DNA of 59,207 bases from Candidatus Onthoplasma sp. (GTDB lineage: Bacteria > Bacillota > Clostridia > Christensenellales > UBA1242): positions 1 through 59,207 of the forward strand of contig JBGVOQ010000009.1 of the NCBI GenBank assembly GCA_045126575.1. Direction: 5' to 3'. Of this stretch, positions 38,955-48,976 are shown piece by piece. Made by a program: the position numbers and the translations under genes. The notes below the pieces were generated by a model. It was not told the origin of the DNA, searched no databases, and saw nothing but the letters and a program-made list of their open reading frames with translations. Within the stretch, counting starts at the first letter, position 1. Each line of letters opens with the position of its first letter.

Positions 38955-39710
38955 ATGGAAGAACAAAACAAGCCTAAAAATGCTATGCGCAAAAGTTTGT
39001 ATACATTATTTTTTAAAAGATTTTTTGATATATTGCTATCTGGATTAGCGCTTATTATACTTAGCCCGGTATTTTTGATTACATCTATAGTGTGCCGAAT
39101 TAAAATGGGTAAAGGTATTATATTTAAAAATTATCGTCCAGGTAAAAATAATAAGATATTTAAGTTGTACAAATATCGTTCAATGTTAAATACCAGAGAT
39201 GCTAATGGTGAATTGCTGCCTGACCGTGAACGTATGACTAAGTTTGGCAATATGCTTCGCAAAACCAGTTTGGATGAACTCCCTCAACTTTGGAATATAT
39301 TTAAGGGTGATATGAGTATTGTAGGTCCAAGACCAAAACTTGTTAAAGATATGGTGTTTTATAATGACGAACAAAATATTCGTAGCCATGTTAGACCGGG
39401 TCTTACAGGGTTGGCTCAAGTTAATGGACGTAACAATATTACATGGGAAGAAGTATTTAAATATGACAAATACTATGTAGAGCATTGTTCGTTGTGGCTT
39501 GACATTAAGATATTGTTTAAAACCGTTTTAAAGGTGTTTAAAAAGGCCGATATCGTCGAGCAGGACAAAACCAAGCAAGCATATTATTATGGCGATTATT
39601 TGCTTGAAAGTGGCGTTGTTACCGAGGAGGAATATAAAACCAAGCAAGCACTTGCTAAGGATTTGATTGAAAAAACTAAAAAACCTAGCAAAAAGAAGAG
39701 TAAAGTTTAA
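38955..39710 (+). CDS. Bacterial sugar transferase (priming phosphoglycosyltransferase, EpsL/PglC-like)
   Basis: KRFFDI, LRKTSLDELPQLWNIFKGDMSIVGPRP, RPGLTGLAQVNGRN. Confidence 0.93.
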   Translation: MEEQNKPKNAMRKSLYTLFFKRFFDILLSGLALIILSPVFLITSIVCRIKMGKGIIFKNYRPGKNNKIFKLYKYRSMLNTRDANGELLPDRERMTKFGNMLRKTSLDELPQLWNIFKGDMSIVGPRPKLVKDMVFYNDEQNIRSHVRPGLTGLAQVNGRNNITWEEVFKYDKYYVEHCSLWLDIKILFKTVLKVFKKADIVEQDKTKQAYYYGDYLLESGVVTEEEYKTKQALAKDLIEKTKKPSKKKSKV

Positions 39711-39831
39711 TACATATTGGCAATCCAATGGGTTGCCTTTTTTATTCGACATAAAAATATAATTGTAGCGCCGTATGATGATTGACTAAATTAAAATTAA
39801 ATTATATAATAAAAATATTAGAGGTGATTAT

Positions 39832-41589
39832 ATGCAAAAAAGATGCGAAATTGAAGATAAATATAAATGGGATTTATCCAGTTATATTAAAGATGAAACC
39901 GAATTACAAAATAATTTAAAATATTTAAAAGAAAATGTTAATAAATTCAAAACTTATTATGGCAAACTAACTGATAAATCGGTTTTAGCTGAGTATTTAA
40001 AGTTAAGTGAGCAGTACGAAAATATTTTGGCTAAAAGCATTAATTATATCGAATTAAATCTAGAAACTGATTTTAGTGACGCTAATTATCTAAATTGGCA
40101 GCAAAAGTATGAATATGTAATGCAGCAATATAACGAGGCTACTTCATATGTGGAGCCTCAAATGATGGAGTTTTCTGACGAGTATTTGCGTGATTTAATT
40201 CAGACAGAAGAATTACGTGATTACGATTTAATGTTTAAAAATATTTTAAGAAGTAAATCGCACAAAATTAGTGAACAGGAAAGCATTTTATTAAGTAAAA
40301 TGTCCAACTTTTTAGGTAATGAAAGTAATGTGTTTTATACATTAACCAATGGAGAACTTTACTTTGAAGATGCGCTGGATAGCAATGGGAATAAGCATAC
40401 TGTTAATGATGCTAATTTAAGGAAGTTGTTGGAATGTGATGATAGAGAGTTAAGGAAAAATGCATACATTTCGTCGCTAAAAGAATATGCGGGTAAAAAT
40501 AGAACTTTAGCAAGTTTGTATATTAATGATATTAAGGCCGACATTTTTTATGCTAAGTTAGCCAAGTTTGATAGTGTGAAACGGGAAAGTATGTTCAATG
40601 AACATGTTGATGAACAGGTGTATAACATATTACTAAAAAATATTAATAATAATCTTGGTGTTATGCACAAAATTATTGACCTAAAGGCTAAGTATTTGAA
40701 TATACCTAATTTTGCTAATTATGATTTATCTGCATGTAAGAAAAGCGATAAGCAATACCCTATGCAAATGTCGATAGAGTTATTGAAAAAATGTACTAAA
40801 GTGTTAGGTGAAGATTATCAAGAAAAAATAGATTACTTACTAAACAATCGTGCAATCGACTGGTTGCCTAACGAAAATAAAAACCATGGAGGGTTTTCAG
40901 TTGATGCGTATGGCTGTATGCCTGTTATTTTATTAAACCATGTAAATAGTTATGAGTCGCTTAGTGCTTTAGTTCACGAGGTTGGGCATTCCGTCCATGC
41001 CTTGTATTCTAACCAAAACCAGCCACAGGCAAAGGCTGAAAGTGTTATATTTACTGCAGAAGTGGCCAGCACGGTTAACGAGGTGTTGCTAAGTGTGTAT
41101 CTGTTGCAGGATGCGGAAGGCGAAGATAAAAAGTATTTTGCGTTCCAGTTGCTTAATAATTTGATAGCGGCTGTATTTATGCAATCAATGTACTCTGAGT
41201 TTGAGGACTACACTCATCATCAACTTGAAAGCGAGCAAGTATTAACATATCAGGAATGTAACGATAAATGGTTCGAGCTTAATAAAAAATATTATGGACC
41301 TAAGGTAACTTTGCTTGATGAGGTTAGATATGGCTGGAGTAGAATTCATCATTTCTATAGACCGTTCTATGTATATAAATATGCTACTGGATTTATTAGT
41401 GCGTTGTGTATTGTACAAAACTTATTGGAGGATAGCGAGTATTACAAAAAGTATATTAACTTTTTAAAAAGCGGTTGTAGTAAACCTCCGGTAGAATTAT
41501 TGCAAGATATAGGTGTGGATTTAACTACGGATAAACCTTATGAAAAAGCATTTAAATTTATTAATAATTTAATTAATGAAATTAAATAA
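39832..41589 (+). CDS. pepF: Oligoendopeptidase F (M3B)
   Basis: KYKWDLS, HEVGHSVH zinc motif, AEVAST-NE, WSRIHHFY..FYVYKYATG. Confidence 0.95.
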   Translation: MQKRCEIEDKYKWDLSSYIKDETELQNNLKYLKENVNKFKTYYGKLTDKSVLAEYLKLSEQYENILAKSINYIELNLETDFSDANYLNWQQKYEYVMQQYNEATSYVEPQMMEFSDEYLRDLIQTEELRDYDLMFKNILRSKSHKISEQESILLSKMSNFLGNESNVFYTLTNGELYFEDALDSNGNKHTVNDANLRKLLECDDRELRKNAYISSLKEYAGKNRTLASLYINDIKADIFYAKLAKFDSVKRESMFNEHVDEQVYNILLKNINNNLGVMHKIIDLKAKYLNIPNFANYDLSACKKSDKQYPMQMSIELLKKCTKVLGEDYQEKIDYLLNNRAIDWLPNENKNHGGFSVDAYGCMPVILLNHVNSYESLSALVHEVGHSVHALYSNQNQPQAKAESVIFTAEVASTVNEVLLSVYLLQDAEGEDKKYFAFQLLNNLIAAVFMQSMYSEFEDYTHHQLESEQVLTYQECNDKWFELNKKYYGPKVTLLDEVRYGWSRIHHFYRPFYVYKYATGFISALCIVQNLLEDSEYYKKYINFLKSGCSKPPVELLQDIGVDLTTDKPYEKAFKFINNLINEIK

Positions 41590-41842
41590 TTAATAATTAA
41601 TAATTAATATTATTTATTAAATATGGTACAATATCAATTAAATGCTATTTTGTAGTAAATTGTTTAAATAAATTAATAAAATTATTTAAATTTAAATTAA
41701 TATTTAAATTATTACAGACATTAATAATAATTTATTATTTATTTTATAATTCAGCAGATAAAACAATATTAAAAATGATATTTATAAATATTCTTTATTC
41801 TTTTGCAAAAAATAAATATTAATGATATAATAGAGGTGTGGA

Positions 41843-42211
41843 ATGCTGGATAAAAAAACTACTGCAGTATTAAAAGTTTTAGGAAAAATCGGTGAGGATA
41901 GTGCGTACAAGGTTGTTACTGTCGAGGAAATACTAAGTTCGCTAAATTCACGCAATCAGTATGATAGTGATAGCGTTAAGCAGATTATCGAATATTTGTG
42001 CAAGCAGGAATATATCGTGCTTAAGTTTGAGGAAGATGTAACATTTTGCTACTCACTATTGCCTAAGGCTAGGATTTATTTGGAGCAGGAATCGGCAAAG
42101 GTGAAAGTGAAAAAACAACATTTACCCTATGGCTGGTTGGCGCTTTGTATGTTGGTTTGCTTGATTGGTAGTTTTATGGCAAATTTATTATTTTATTATT
42201 TTTTAGGGTAG
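41843..42211 (+). CDS. Hypothetical winged-helix-like protein with C-terminal TM helix
   Basis: Helix-helix-helix plus wing pattern (IIEYLCKQEYIVLK...YSLLPKARIY), hydrophobic C-terminus. Confidence 0.6.
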   Translation: MLDKKTTAVLKVLGKIGEDSAYKVVTVEEILSSLNSRNQYDSDSVKQIIEYLCKQEYIVLKFEEDVTFCYSLLPKARIYLEQESAKVKVKKQHLPYGWLALCMLVCLIGSFMANLLFYYFLG

Positions 42212-42217
42212 GTAAAA

Positions 42218-42577
42218 ATGCTGTCAAGAAAAGAAAGATATATAATGGAGTACTTGTATCAAAGATGCAACAATAAAACTAGTTGTTTGATTAATCCACG
42301 TGAGATTATTACTTTTGCAAGCGATAGATACATAATGTATCCGCCAGAAGTGGAAAAGATTGTAACAAACCTAGTATACGATAATTATATTGAAGTGGCA
42401 AAGAGTGATAAAAAGGGTGAAATGGTGTATTGCGTTTCGCTAAAGCTTAAAGGTCAAGGCTTTCATCGCGAATTGGTTAACGATAAGCGCACTGTAATGG
42501 TGGCTGTTGGCCGTACTGTAATACTTGCTATACTGAGCTTTTTAATTACATGGGTATTAAAGATTTTAATATTTTAA
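42218..42577 (+). CDS. Hypothetical winged-helix-like protein with C-terminal TM helix
   Basis: IVTNLVYDNYIEV...YCVSLKLKGQGF; hydrophobic C-terminus; terminator at 42580-42610. Confidence 0.6.
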   Translation: MLSRKERYIMEYLYQRCNNKTSCLINPREIITFASDRYIMYPPEVEKIVTNLVYDNYIEVAKSDKKGEMVYCVSLKLKGQGFHRELVNDKRTVMVAVGRTVILAILSFLITWVLKILIF

Positions 42578-42734
42578 ATAAGGATTCCTATATTATGTAT
42601 AGGAGTTTTTATTTTTAATGATAGTAATGGTTAATATATTTTGGTAATATGTTAAACAAATTTTAATAAAAGTATTTTATTTTATATAAATATGTGTTAA
42701 AATATTAGATGATAAAAATTTAGCGGAGGTGGCT

Positions 42735-44702
42735 ATGGAATATCGTGATTTTGAACTTGTATCCAAGTTTAAGCCAACTGGTGACCAGCCTCAAGCGATT
42801 GAAAAATTGCTTGAAGGTATTAATGATGGACTTCAGGCGCAGGTGCTAAAGGGTGTTACTGGTAGTGGTAAAACTTTTACAATGGCTAATATTATTGCAA
42901 AAGCCAATAGGCCTACACTTATTTTGGCGCATAATAAAACTTTGGCCGCACAACTTTGTAATGAGTTTAGAGAGTTTTTTCCTAATAATCGTGTAGAATT
43001 CTTTGTTTCGTATTACGATTACTATCAGCCAGAGGCGTACATTGTTTCTAGTGATACATATATCGAAAAGGATATGAGTGTAAATGATGAAATTGACAAA
43101 CTTCGCCATAGTGCAACCTCTAGTTTGCTTGAACGTAGTGATACCATAGTTGTGGCAAGTGTGTCATGTATCTATGGCTTAGGTGCGCCAAAGGAGTATT
43201 ATGATTTGCATTTATCGCTAAGAGAAGGTGATAGTGTAGATAGAGATGAGGTTATACGTAAACTTATAAGCATACAATATACTCGTAACGATATAGATTT
43301 TCAACGCAGTACATTCAGGGTGCGTGGCGACATATTGGATATATTCCCAGCCAGCAGTAGTGAACGTGCGATACGTGTAGAATTTTTTGGTGATGAGATA
43401 GAAAAAATCAGTGAATTTAATCCGGTAGATGGTAAAGCGTATAATCGCTTGCAGCACGTGGCGATTTTTCCAGCATCACACTATGCTGTTGGAAGTGAAA
43501 GATTACAATCTGCACTGCAGCAAATTAGGCAAGATGCTGTTGAACGTGAACAATTCTTTTTGCAGGATGAAAAATATATTGAGGCGCAGAGAATTAGAGA
43601 GCGCACCAATTATGACCTTGAAATGATGCAAGAAATGGGATATTGTTCTGGCATAGAAAATTATAGTAGATACTTTGATGGGCGAAATCCTGGCGAGCCT
43701 CCATATACGTTACTAGATTATTTTCCAGACGGATTCTTACTGTTTGTAGATGAAAGTCATATAACCTTACCGCAGGTTCGTGGAATGTTTAATGGCGACA
43801 GAGCACGCAAGAGTGCGTTAGTTGACTATGGTTTTAGATTACCATCAGCATTTGATAACCGTCCTCTTAATTTTAATGAATTTAATTGTCGTATAGGTCA
43901 GGTGGTGTATGTTTCGGCAACGCCTAATGATTACGAGATTGATAAGGCAAATGGACAGGTTGTAGAGCAATTAATTAGGCCTACATACCTGCTTGACCCA
44001 GAGGTTGAGGTTAGACCAAGCGAAGGCCAAATTGATGACCTTTATAGCGAAATTCAAAAAGTTATTGCAACTGATGGTAAGGTGTTGGTTACAACGCTTA
44101 CTAAAAAGATGGCAGAGGATTTGACAACTTACTTTAGCGAAAGTGGTGTTAAGGTTAAATATCTTCATAGTGATATTGACACGCTTGAACGTGTTAAAAT
44201 TATCAATGCATTACGTGCGGGTGAGTTTGATGTGTTGATTGGTATTAATTTGTTGCGTGAAGGATTGGATATGCCAGAAGTTAAATTGGTGGCAATACTT
44301 GATGCTAACAAGGAAGGTTTCCTACGTAGCACGACATCGCTTATTCAAACCATTGGACGTTGTGCTCGTAATAGTGAAGGTCGAGTGATTATGTATGGTG
44401 ACACAATTACGGATAGTATGCGCCGTGCTATTGATGAAACTAATCGTAGGCGTGAAATTCAAATGGCGTACAACAAAGAGCATAATGTAAAGCCAATGAC
44501 AATCAAAAAAGAAGTTGTAGACACGCTTAAAATTTCGATAGAAATTGATGACGTTCAAATGAATAAAGAACAGATTATAAATAACATTGAAAAACTTAAG
44601 GCTCTTATGGCTAGTGCATCTGCCCAACTTGATTTTGAAAGTGCTATTAAATACCGTGAAGAAATTTCAAAATTAAAAGACAAATTAAAAAGAAAAAAAT
44701 AA
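42735..44702 (+). CDS. uvrB: Excinuclease ABC subunit B
   Basis: [46 protein letters not shown]. Confidence 0.99.
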   Translation: MEYRDFELVSKFKPTGDQPQAIEKLLEGINDGLQAQVLKGVTGSGKTFTMANIIAKANRPTLILAHNKTLAAQLCNEFREFFPNNRVEFFVSYYDYYQPEAYIVSSDTYIEKDMSVNDEIDKLRHSATSSLLERSDTIVVASVSCIYGLGAPKEYYDLHLSLREGDSVDRDEVIRKLISIQYTRNDIDFQRSTFRVRGDILDIFPASSSERAIRVEFFGDEIEKISEFNPVDGKAYNRLQHVAIFPASHYAVGSERLQSALQQIRQDAVEREQFFLQDEKYIEAQRIRERTNYDLEMMQEMGYCSGIENYSRYFDGRNPGEPPYTLLDYFPDGFLLFVDESHITLPQVRGMFNGDRARKSALVDYGFRLPSAFDNRPLNFNEFNCRIGQVVYVSATPNDYEIDKANGQVVEQLIRPTYLLDPEVEVRPSEGQIDDLYSEIQKVIATDGKVLVTTLTKKMAEDLTTYFSESGVKVKYLHSDIDTLERVKIINALRAGEFDVLIGINLLREGLDMPEVKLVAILDANKEGFLRSTTSLIQTIGRCARNSEGRVIMYGDTITDSMRRAIDETNRRREIQMAYNKEHNVKPMTIKKEVVDTLKISIEIDDVQMNKEQIINNIEKLKALMASASAQLDFESAIKYREEISKLKDKLKRKK

Positions 44703-44866
44703 ATTAAATAAAATTATTTTAAACATTTAAACAAAGTGTTAAATTAATATAATTATTTAAAATAAAATAAAACTTAAATAAAATACTATAAAATAGATAA
44801 AAATAATATTAAAATAAATAATTTAAATATTTAATTTACAATATTTAAATTAAAAATAGGTGAAAT

Positions 44867-47680
44867 ATGTTGCAAGATATTATTATTAAAGGTGCTAATG
44901 AGAATAATTTAAAAAATGTTGACTTAGTATTACCTAAAAATAAATTAATCGTATTTACAGGTGTCAGCGGTTGTGGCAAAAGTTCGCTTGCCTTTGACAC
45001 TATTTTTGCAGAAGGTCAAAGGCGTTATATGGAAAGCTTATCATCATATGCACGTCAATTTTTAGGTCAAATGAAAAAGCCAAAAGTTGATAGCATTGAT
45101 GGACTTAGTCCTGCAATCTCGATCGACCAAAAGTCAACCAATAATAATCCACGCAGTACTGTTGGTACTATTACTGAAATTTATGATTATGTGCGTTTAT
45201 TGTTTGCACGTATTGGAAAAATTTATTGCCCTAAGTGTGGCAAAGCGGTAAGCAGTCAAACCATTGACCAAATTGTAGATGCGGTAAAGGAGCAGGAACT
45301 TGGTAGCAAGTTGATGATACTTGCTCCGGTTGTGCGTGGCCAAAAGGGTACACATGAAAAGGTGTTTGACGAGTTGCGCAAAGATGGATACGTTCGTGTG
45401 CAAGTTGATGGCGAAATAAATTTGTTAGAAGATGATATTGTGCTAGAAAAAAACAAGCGCCATGATATCAATGTTGTGGTTGATCGTATTGTGTTAAAGG
45501 AAGATATTGACAAACGTTTAAACGATAGCATTGAAAAGTGTTTAGGATTATCCAATGGATTAGTGCTTGTTCAAAATGGCGATGATGTAAAGATGTACAG
45601 TGTTCGCCATGCGTGTGTGGATTGTGGTATTTCTATGCCGGAGTTAGAACCAACCCTGTTTAGTTTTAATCATCGTGACGGCGCTTGCCCTAAGTGTAGT
45701 GGACTTGGATACGTAGTTAAGATTGGTGAAAATGCCATTGTGCGCAATGACCGCCTAACAATCAACGAGGGCGCATTAAGTATTATGGGCTGGAATGTTG
45801 AAAATTCCAAGATTAGTCGCCAGGCATATCGCAAACTATCTCAAAAGTATAATTTTAGTCTTGATGTGCCATATTATTCGCTTCCTAAACAGGTGCGACA
45901 AATACTAATTTACGGCGAGCCCGATGCGGATAAACAAGGTGAAACCAATCTTCACCAATATGTAACACGTGATGATGTGTTGTTTACCGGTGTTGTGCCA
46001 GATTTGTTGCGCAAATTCCAGGATAGTCAAAGCCAATTTATTAAAGATGAAATTATGAAACTTATGAGCGAGGCGGACTGTCCAGAATGTTTTGGACGAA
46101 GACTTAACAACATTGCACTATCGGTTAAAATCAACAAAAAGAATATTGCGGATTTGACTGAAATGTCAATTACCGATTTAAACGAATTCTTAAGCAAATT
46201 AAAGCTAACCAAAACCGAAGAAAAGGTTGCTAGACCAATATTAAATGAAATTTTTGCACGATTGCAATTTATGATGAACGTTGGCTTAAATTATTTAGAT
46301 TTGGCACGTAGGGCAGGAACATTAAGTGGTGGTGAAGCACAGCGTATACGCCTTGCCACTCAAATTGGTAGTGGACTGACTGGTGTGTTATATATTTTGG
46401 ACGAACCTAGCATTGGACTTCATCAACGTGATAATGACCGATTAATTGACACACTTAAACGTTTGCGTGATTTGGGTAACACATTGATTGTGGTTGAGCA
46501 TGATGAGGATACAATACGTGCAGCCGACTATATTGTTGATGTTGGTCAATTTGCGGGTGTAAATGGCGGTAATGTGATTGCGCAAGGCTCACTTCAGGAT
46601 ATTATGGACAATCCTAATTCTATTACAGGTCAATACCTAAGTGGAAAACTTAAAATTGAGGTGCCAGAAAGTCGCAGACCTGCCGATAAAGGTTTTATCG
46701 AATTACAAGGTTGCCGTAAGCACAATTTAAAGGATATTGATGTTAAATTCCCACTAGGTATATTTACTTGTGTAACGGGTGTTAGTGGTAGCGGTAAAAG
46801 TACACTTATTAATGATATATTATATCCAGCATTAAAGAACGAACTTGATGGCGAAAAGAACGAAATCAACCTAAAGAAAGTGTTGGGCTGTAACGCCATT
46901 GATAAGATTATTAATATCGACCAGTCGCCAATCGGTCGTACTCCACGTAGTAATCCCGCCACCTATACTGGTGTATTTACTAAAATACGTGAACTATTTG
47001 CATCAACTCCAGACGCTAAGGAACGTGGCTATGATATAGGTAAGTTTAGTTTTAACGTTGCAGGCGGACGTTGTGAAGCGTGTGATGGTGATGGTGTTAA
47101 AAAGTTACGTATGTATTTTATGCCAGACGTGTACGTGCCTTGCGAAGTATGTGAAGGGAAACGTTATAATCGTGACGTATTGCAAGTTAAGTACAAGGGT
47201 AAAAATATTTATGATGTATTAGATATGACAGTGGAAGAAGCGCTTGTATTCTTTGAAAACTTGCCAAGTATTAAAACCAAAATTCAAACATTGTATGATG
47301 TAGGTTTAGGTTATATCAAACTTGGTCAATCGGCTACTACACTTAGTGGCGGTGAGGCTCAACGACTAAAGCTTGCAACCGAACTATCTAAACGTGACAC
47401 TGGTAAAACTATGTATATACTTGATGAACCAACAACTGGTCTTCATAGTTACGATATTCAAAAGTTGATTAACATACTTCAACGCTTTGTTAATGGCGGA
47501 AATACTGTTGTTGTAATCGAGCATAACCTTGATGTAATCAAAACCGCTGACTATATTATAGATATGGGACCAGAAGGCGGTGACGCAGGCGGCACAGTAA
47601 TTGCTAGCGGAACACCAGAAGATATAGTAAAATCAAAACAAAGCCATACAGGTAAGTATTTGAAGAAATATCTTAGGTAG
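44867..47680 (+). CDS. uvrA: Excinuclease ABC subunit A
   Basis: Two ABC ATPase modules (GVSGCGKSS, LSGGEAQR x2), zinc fingers, PIGRTPRSNPATYTG. Confidence 0.99.
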   Translation: MLQDIIIKGANENNLKNVDLVLPKNKLIVFTGVSGCGKSSLAFDTIFAEGQRRYMESLSSYARQFLGQMKKPKVDSIDGLSPAISIDQKSTNNNPRSTVGTITEIYDYVRLLFARIGKIYCPKCGKAVSSQTIDQIVDAVKEQELGSKLMILAPVVRGQKGTHEKVFDELRKDGYVRVQVDGEINLLEDDIVLEKNKRHDINVVVDRIVLKEDIDKRLNDSIEKCLGLSNGLVLVQNGDDVKMYSVRHACVDCGISMPELEPTLFSFNHRDGACPKCSGLGYVVKIGENAIVRNDRLTINEGALSIMGWNVENSKISRQAYRKLSQKYNFSLDVPYYSLPKQVRQILIYGEPDADKQGETNLHQYVTRDDVLFTGVVPDLLRKFQDSQSQFIKDEIMKLMSEADCPECFGRRLNNIALSVKINKKNIADLTEMSITDLNEFLSKLKLTKTEEKVARPILNEIFARLQFMMNVGLNYLDLARRAGTLSGGEAQRIRLATQIGSGLTGVLYILDEPSIGLHQRDNDRLIDTLKRLRDLGNTLIVVEHDEDTIRAADYIVDVGQFAGVNGGNVIAQGSLQDIMDNPNSITGQYLSGKLKIEVPESRRPADKGFIELQGCRKHNLKDIDVKFPLGIFTCVTGVSGSGKSTLINDILYPALKNELDGEKNEINLKKVLGCNAIDKIINIDQSPIGRTPRSNPATYTGVFTKIRELFASTPDAKERGYDIGKFSFNVAGGRCEACDGDGVKKLRMYFMPDVYVPCEVCEGKRYNRDVLQVKYKGKNIYDVLDMTVEEALVFFENLPSIKTKIQTLYDVGLGYIKLGQSATTLSGGEAQRLKLATELSKRDTGKTMYILDEPTTGLHSYDIQKLINILQRFVNGGNTVVVIEHNLDVIKTADYIIDMGPEGGDAGGTVIASGTPEDIVKSKQSHTGKYLKKYLR

Positions 47681-47728
47681 ATATTGACAAATATAGTAAA
47701 AGATGATATATTACAAGCGGAGGGAAGG

Positions 47729-48163
47729 ATGGTAGCAAAATCAATTAGTAAAATTATAAATAAACATGGTGGAGATTGTGTTTGGGATAGAAATCATAAT
47801 TTTAAAAATATAGAAATTGCATATAGAGAAGAATTTGATTATGAGCCAACAATTTATTTTAAAGAAAGAATGCTTTCAACTTGTGAATGCTTGGAATTGT
47901 CTTTTGGTGAAATTAAGCAATATATGGATAAACACCCAGATGTTAAGGAAGTATTATGTCGAATGAATGAAAATGGTTACTTTTTCCCTATTGAGCCAAG
48001 TTTAGGTTTAGACGTTGCTATTTATAAATCGATAAAAACACGCAAAACAATATCAAACAATCAAATGGGTAAACCTTTTACAGATGATGAAATATCTTTG
48101 GCGACACAAGAAGAATTTAATAGATATAAAAATCAAACACACATATTAGGTTTTGGGTGTTAA
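47729..48163 (+). CDS. Hypothetical (orphan) protein, ~144 aa
   Basis: Own promoter TTGACA-N17-TATATT (47684-47712), RBS GGAGG, ATG 47729; bidirectional terminator 48175-48207. Confidence 0.7.
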   Translation: MVAKSISKIINKHGGDCVWDRNHNFKNIEIAYREEFDYEPTIYFKERMLSTCECLELSFGEIKQYMDKHPDVKEVLCRMNENGYFFPIEPSLGLDVAIYKSIKTRKTISNNQMGKPFTDDEISLATQEEFNRYKNQTHILGFGC

Positions 48164-48205
48164 AGCAATAAATAAAAAATTCACTTCAATTACGAAGTGG
48201 ATTTT

Positions 48206-48862
48206 TTATTTTAACATAAAGTGGTTTTTAGTAAAGTCAAGAATTCCTTGTTTTTTTAGTTTGCTTAGTTCAAAGCTTAGGGCGGAGCGGTCAACCGATA
48301 GGTAATCGGCAAGTTCTTGGCGGTTAAAAGGTATATCAAAGTATTTGGAATTTTGTTGCTTGCTTACATATTGAAGGTAGGACATAACCTTGTCCTTGGT
48401 TGATGATTTGGTTATATGATTAAACTTTTGCATAAGTTCGATATTTTTTTGGGATATAATTTTAACTAGATTGTTTTGAAATTGTGTGTGGCGTGGGCAC
48501 ATATTGTCGCACGGTTTCATAACCGCATACTTATTCATGGTCAACACCTGCGTATCCTCAATGGCAATTAACGTGTATTGTGCGGTGGCGGTTCCAGTAA
48601 AGGCTTCCTCCACGCCAATTGTTTCGCCATTATGATAGTCGGCAAGGATTGAAGTGTTGCCGTAATAGTCATTTAATTCGCTTCGTAGGTGTCCATCAAG
48701 CACAAGTACAATACTTTCAAAAGGCTCGCCTTCATCTATCAAAATTTCGCCTTTTTTTACCTCAAAAACCCTTGTTTTAAAGCAAAAATGGAGCGCTTTT
48801 ATGTCCTTTTCGCTAATTTCATCAAAAACTTTTGAGTTTTGCAACTTTTTCAAAATTTCCAT
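48206..48862 (-). CDS. Crp/Fnr family transcription regulator (HcpR-like)
   Basis: cNMP-binding beta-roll, CxxxCxxH (PCDNMCPRH), HTH FNRQELADYLSVDRSALSFELSKL. Confidence 0.93.
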   Translation of the reverse strand: MEILKKLQNSKVFDEISEKDIKALHFCFKTRVFEVKKGEILIDEGEPFESIVLVLDGHLRSELNDYYGNTSILADYHNGETIGVEEAFTGTATAQYTLIAIEDTQVLTMNKYAVMKPCDNMCPRHTQFQNNLVKIISQKNIELMQKFNHITKSSTKDKVMSYLQYVSKQQNSKYFDIPFNRQELADYLSVDRSALSFELSKLKKQGILDFTKNHFMLK

Positions 48863-48878
48863 AAAAACCTCTCATTTT

Positions 48879-48936
48879 GTTGGAAAAACAACGTAATTTC
48901 TGTAAATATTGTACTATAATGGGGTTGTAAAGTCAA
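48879..48936. promoter_or_regulatory. Crp/Fnr-type operator and overlapping divergent promoters
   Basis: GTTG-N6-CAAC palindrome at 48879-48892; nrdD -10 TATAAT at 48915-48920; minus-strand TTGACT-N17-TACAAT at 48936-48908. Confidence 0.65.
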
Positions 48937-48976
48937 TGATTTGCAAAAACTTTACTTAAAAAGGGAGAAAATTACT

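Noticed and set aside
41550-41840. Replication origin in the AT-rich tracts
   Set aside because: No clustered DnaA boxes (TTATCCACA) and no dnaA/dnaN context
42600-44866. LexA/SOS boxes upstream of uvrB and uvrA
   Set aside because: No GAAC-N4-GTTC match found; only AT-rich near-matches with wrong spacing
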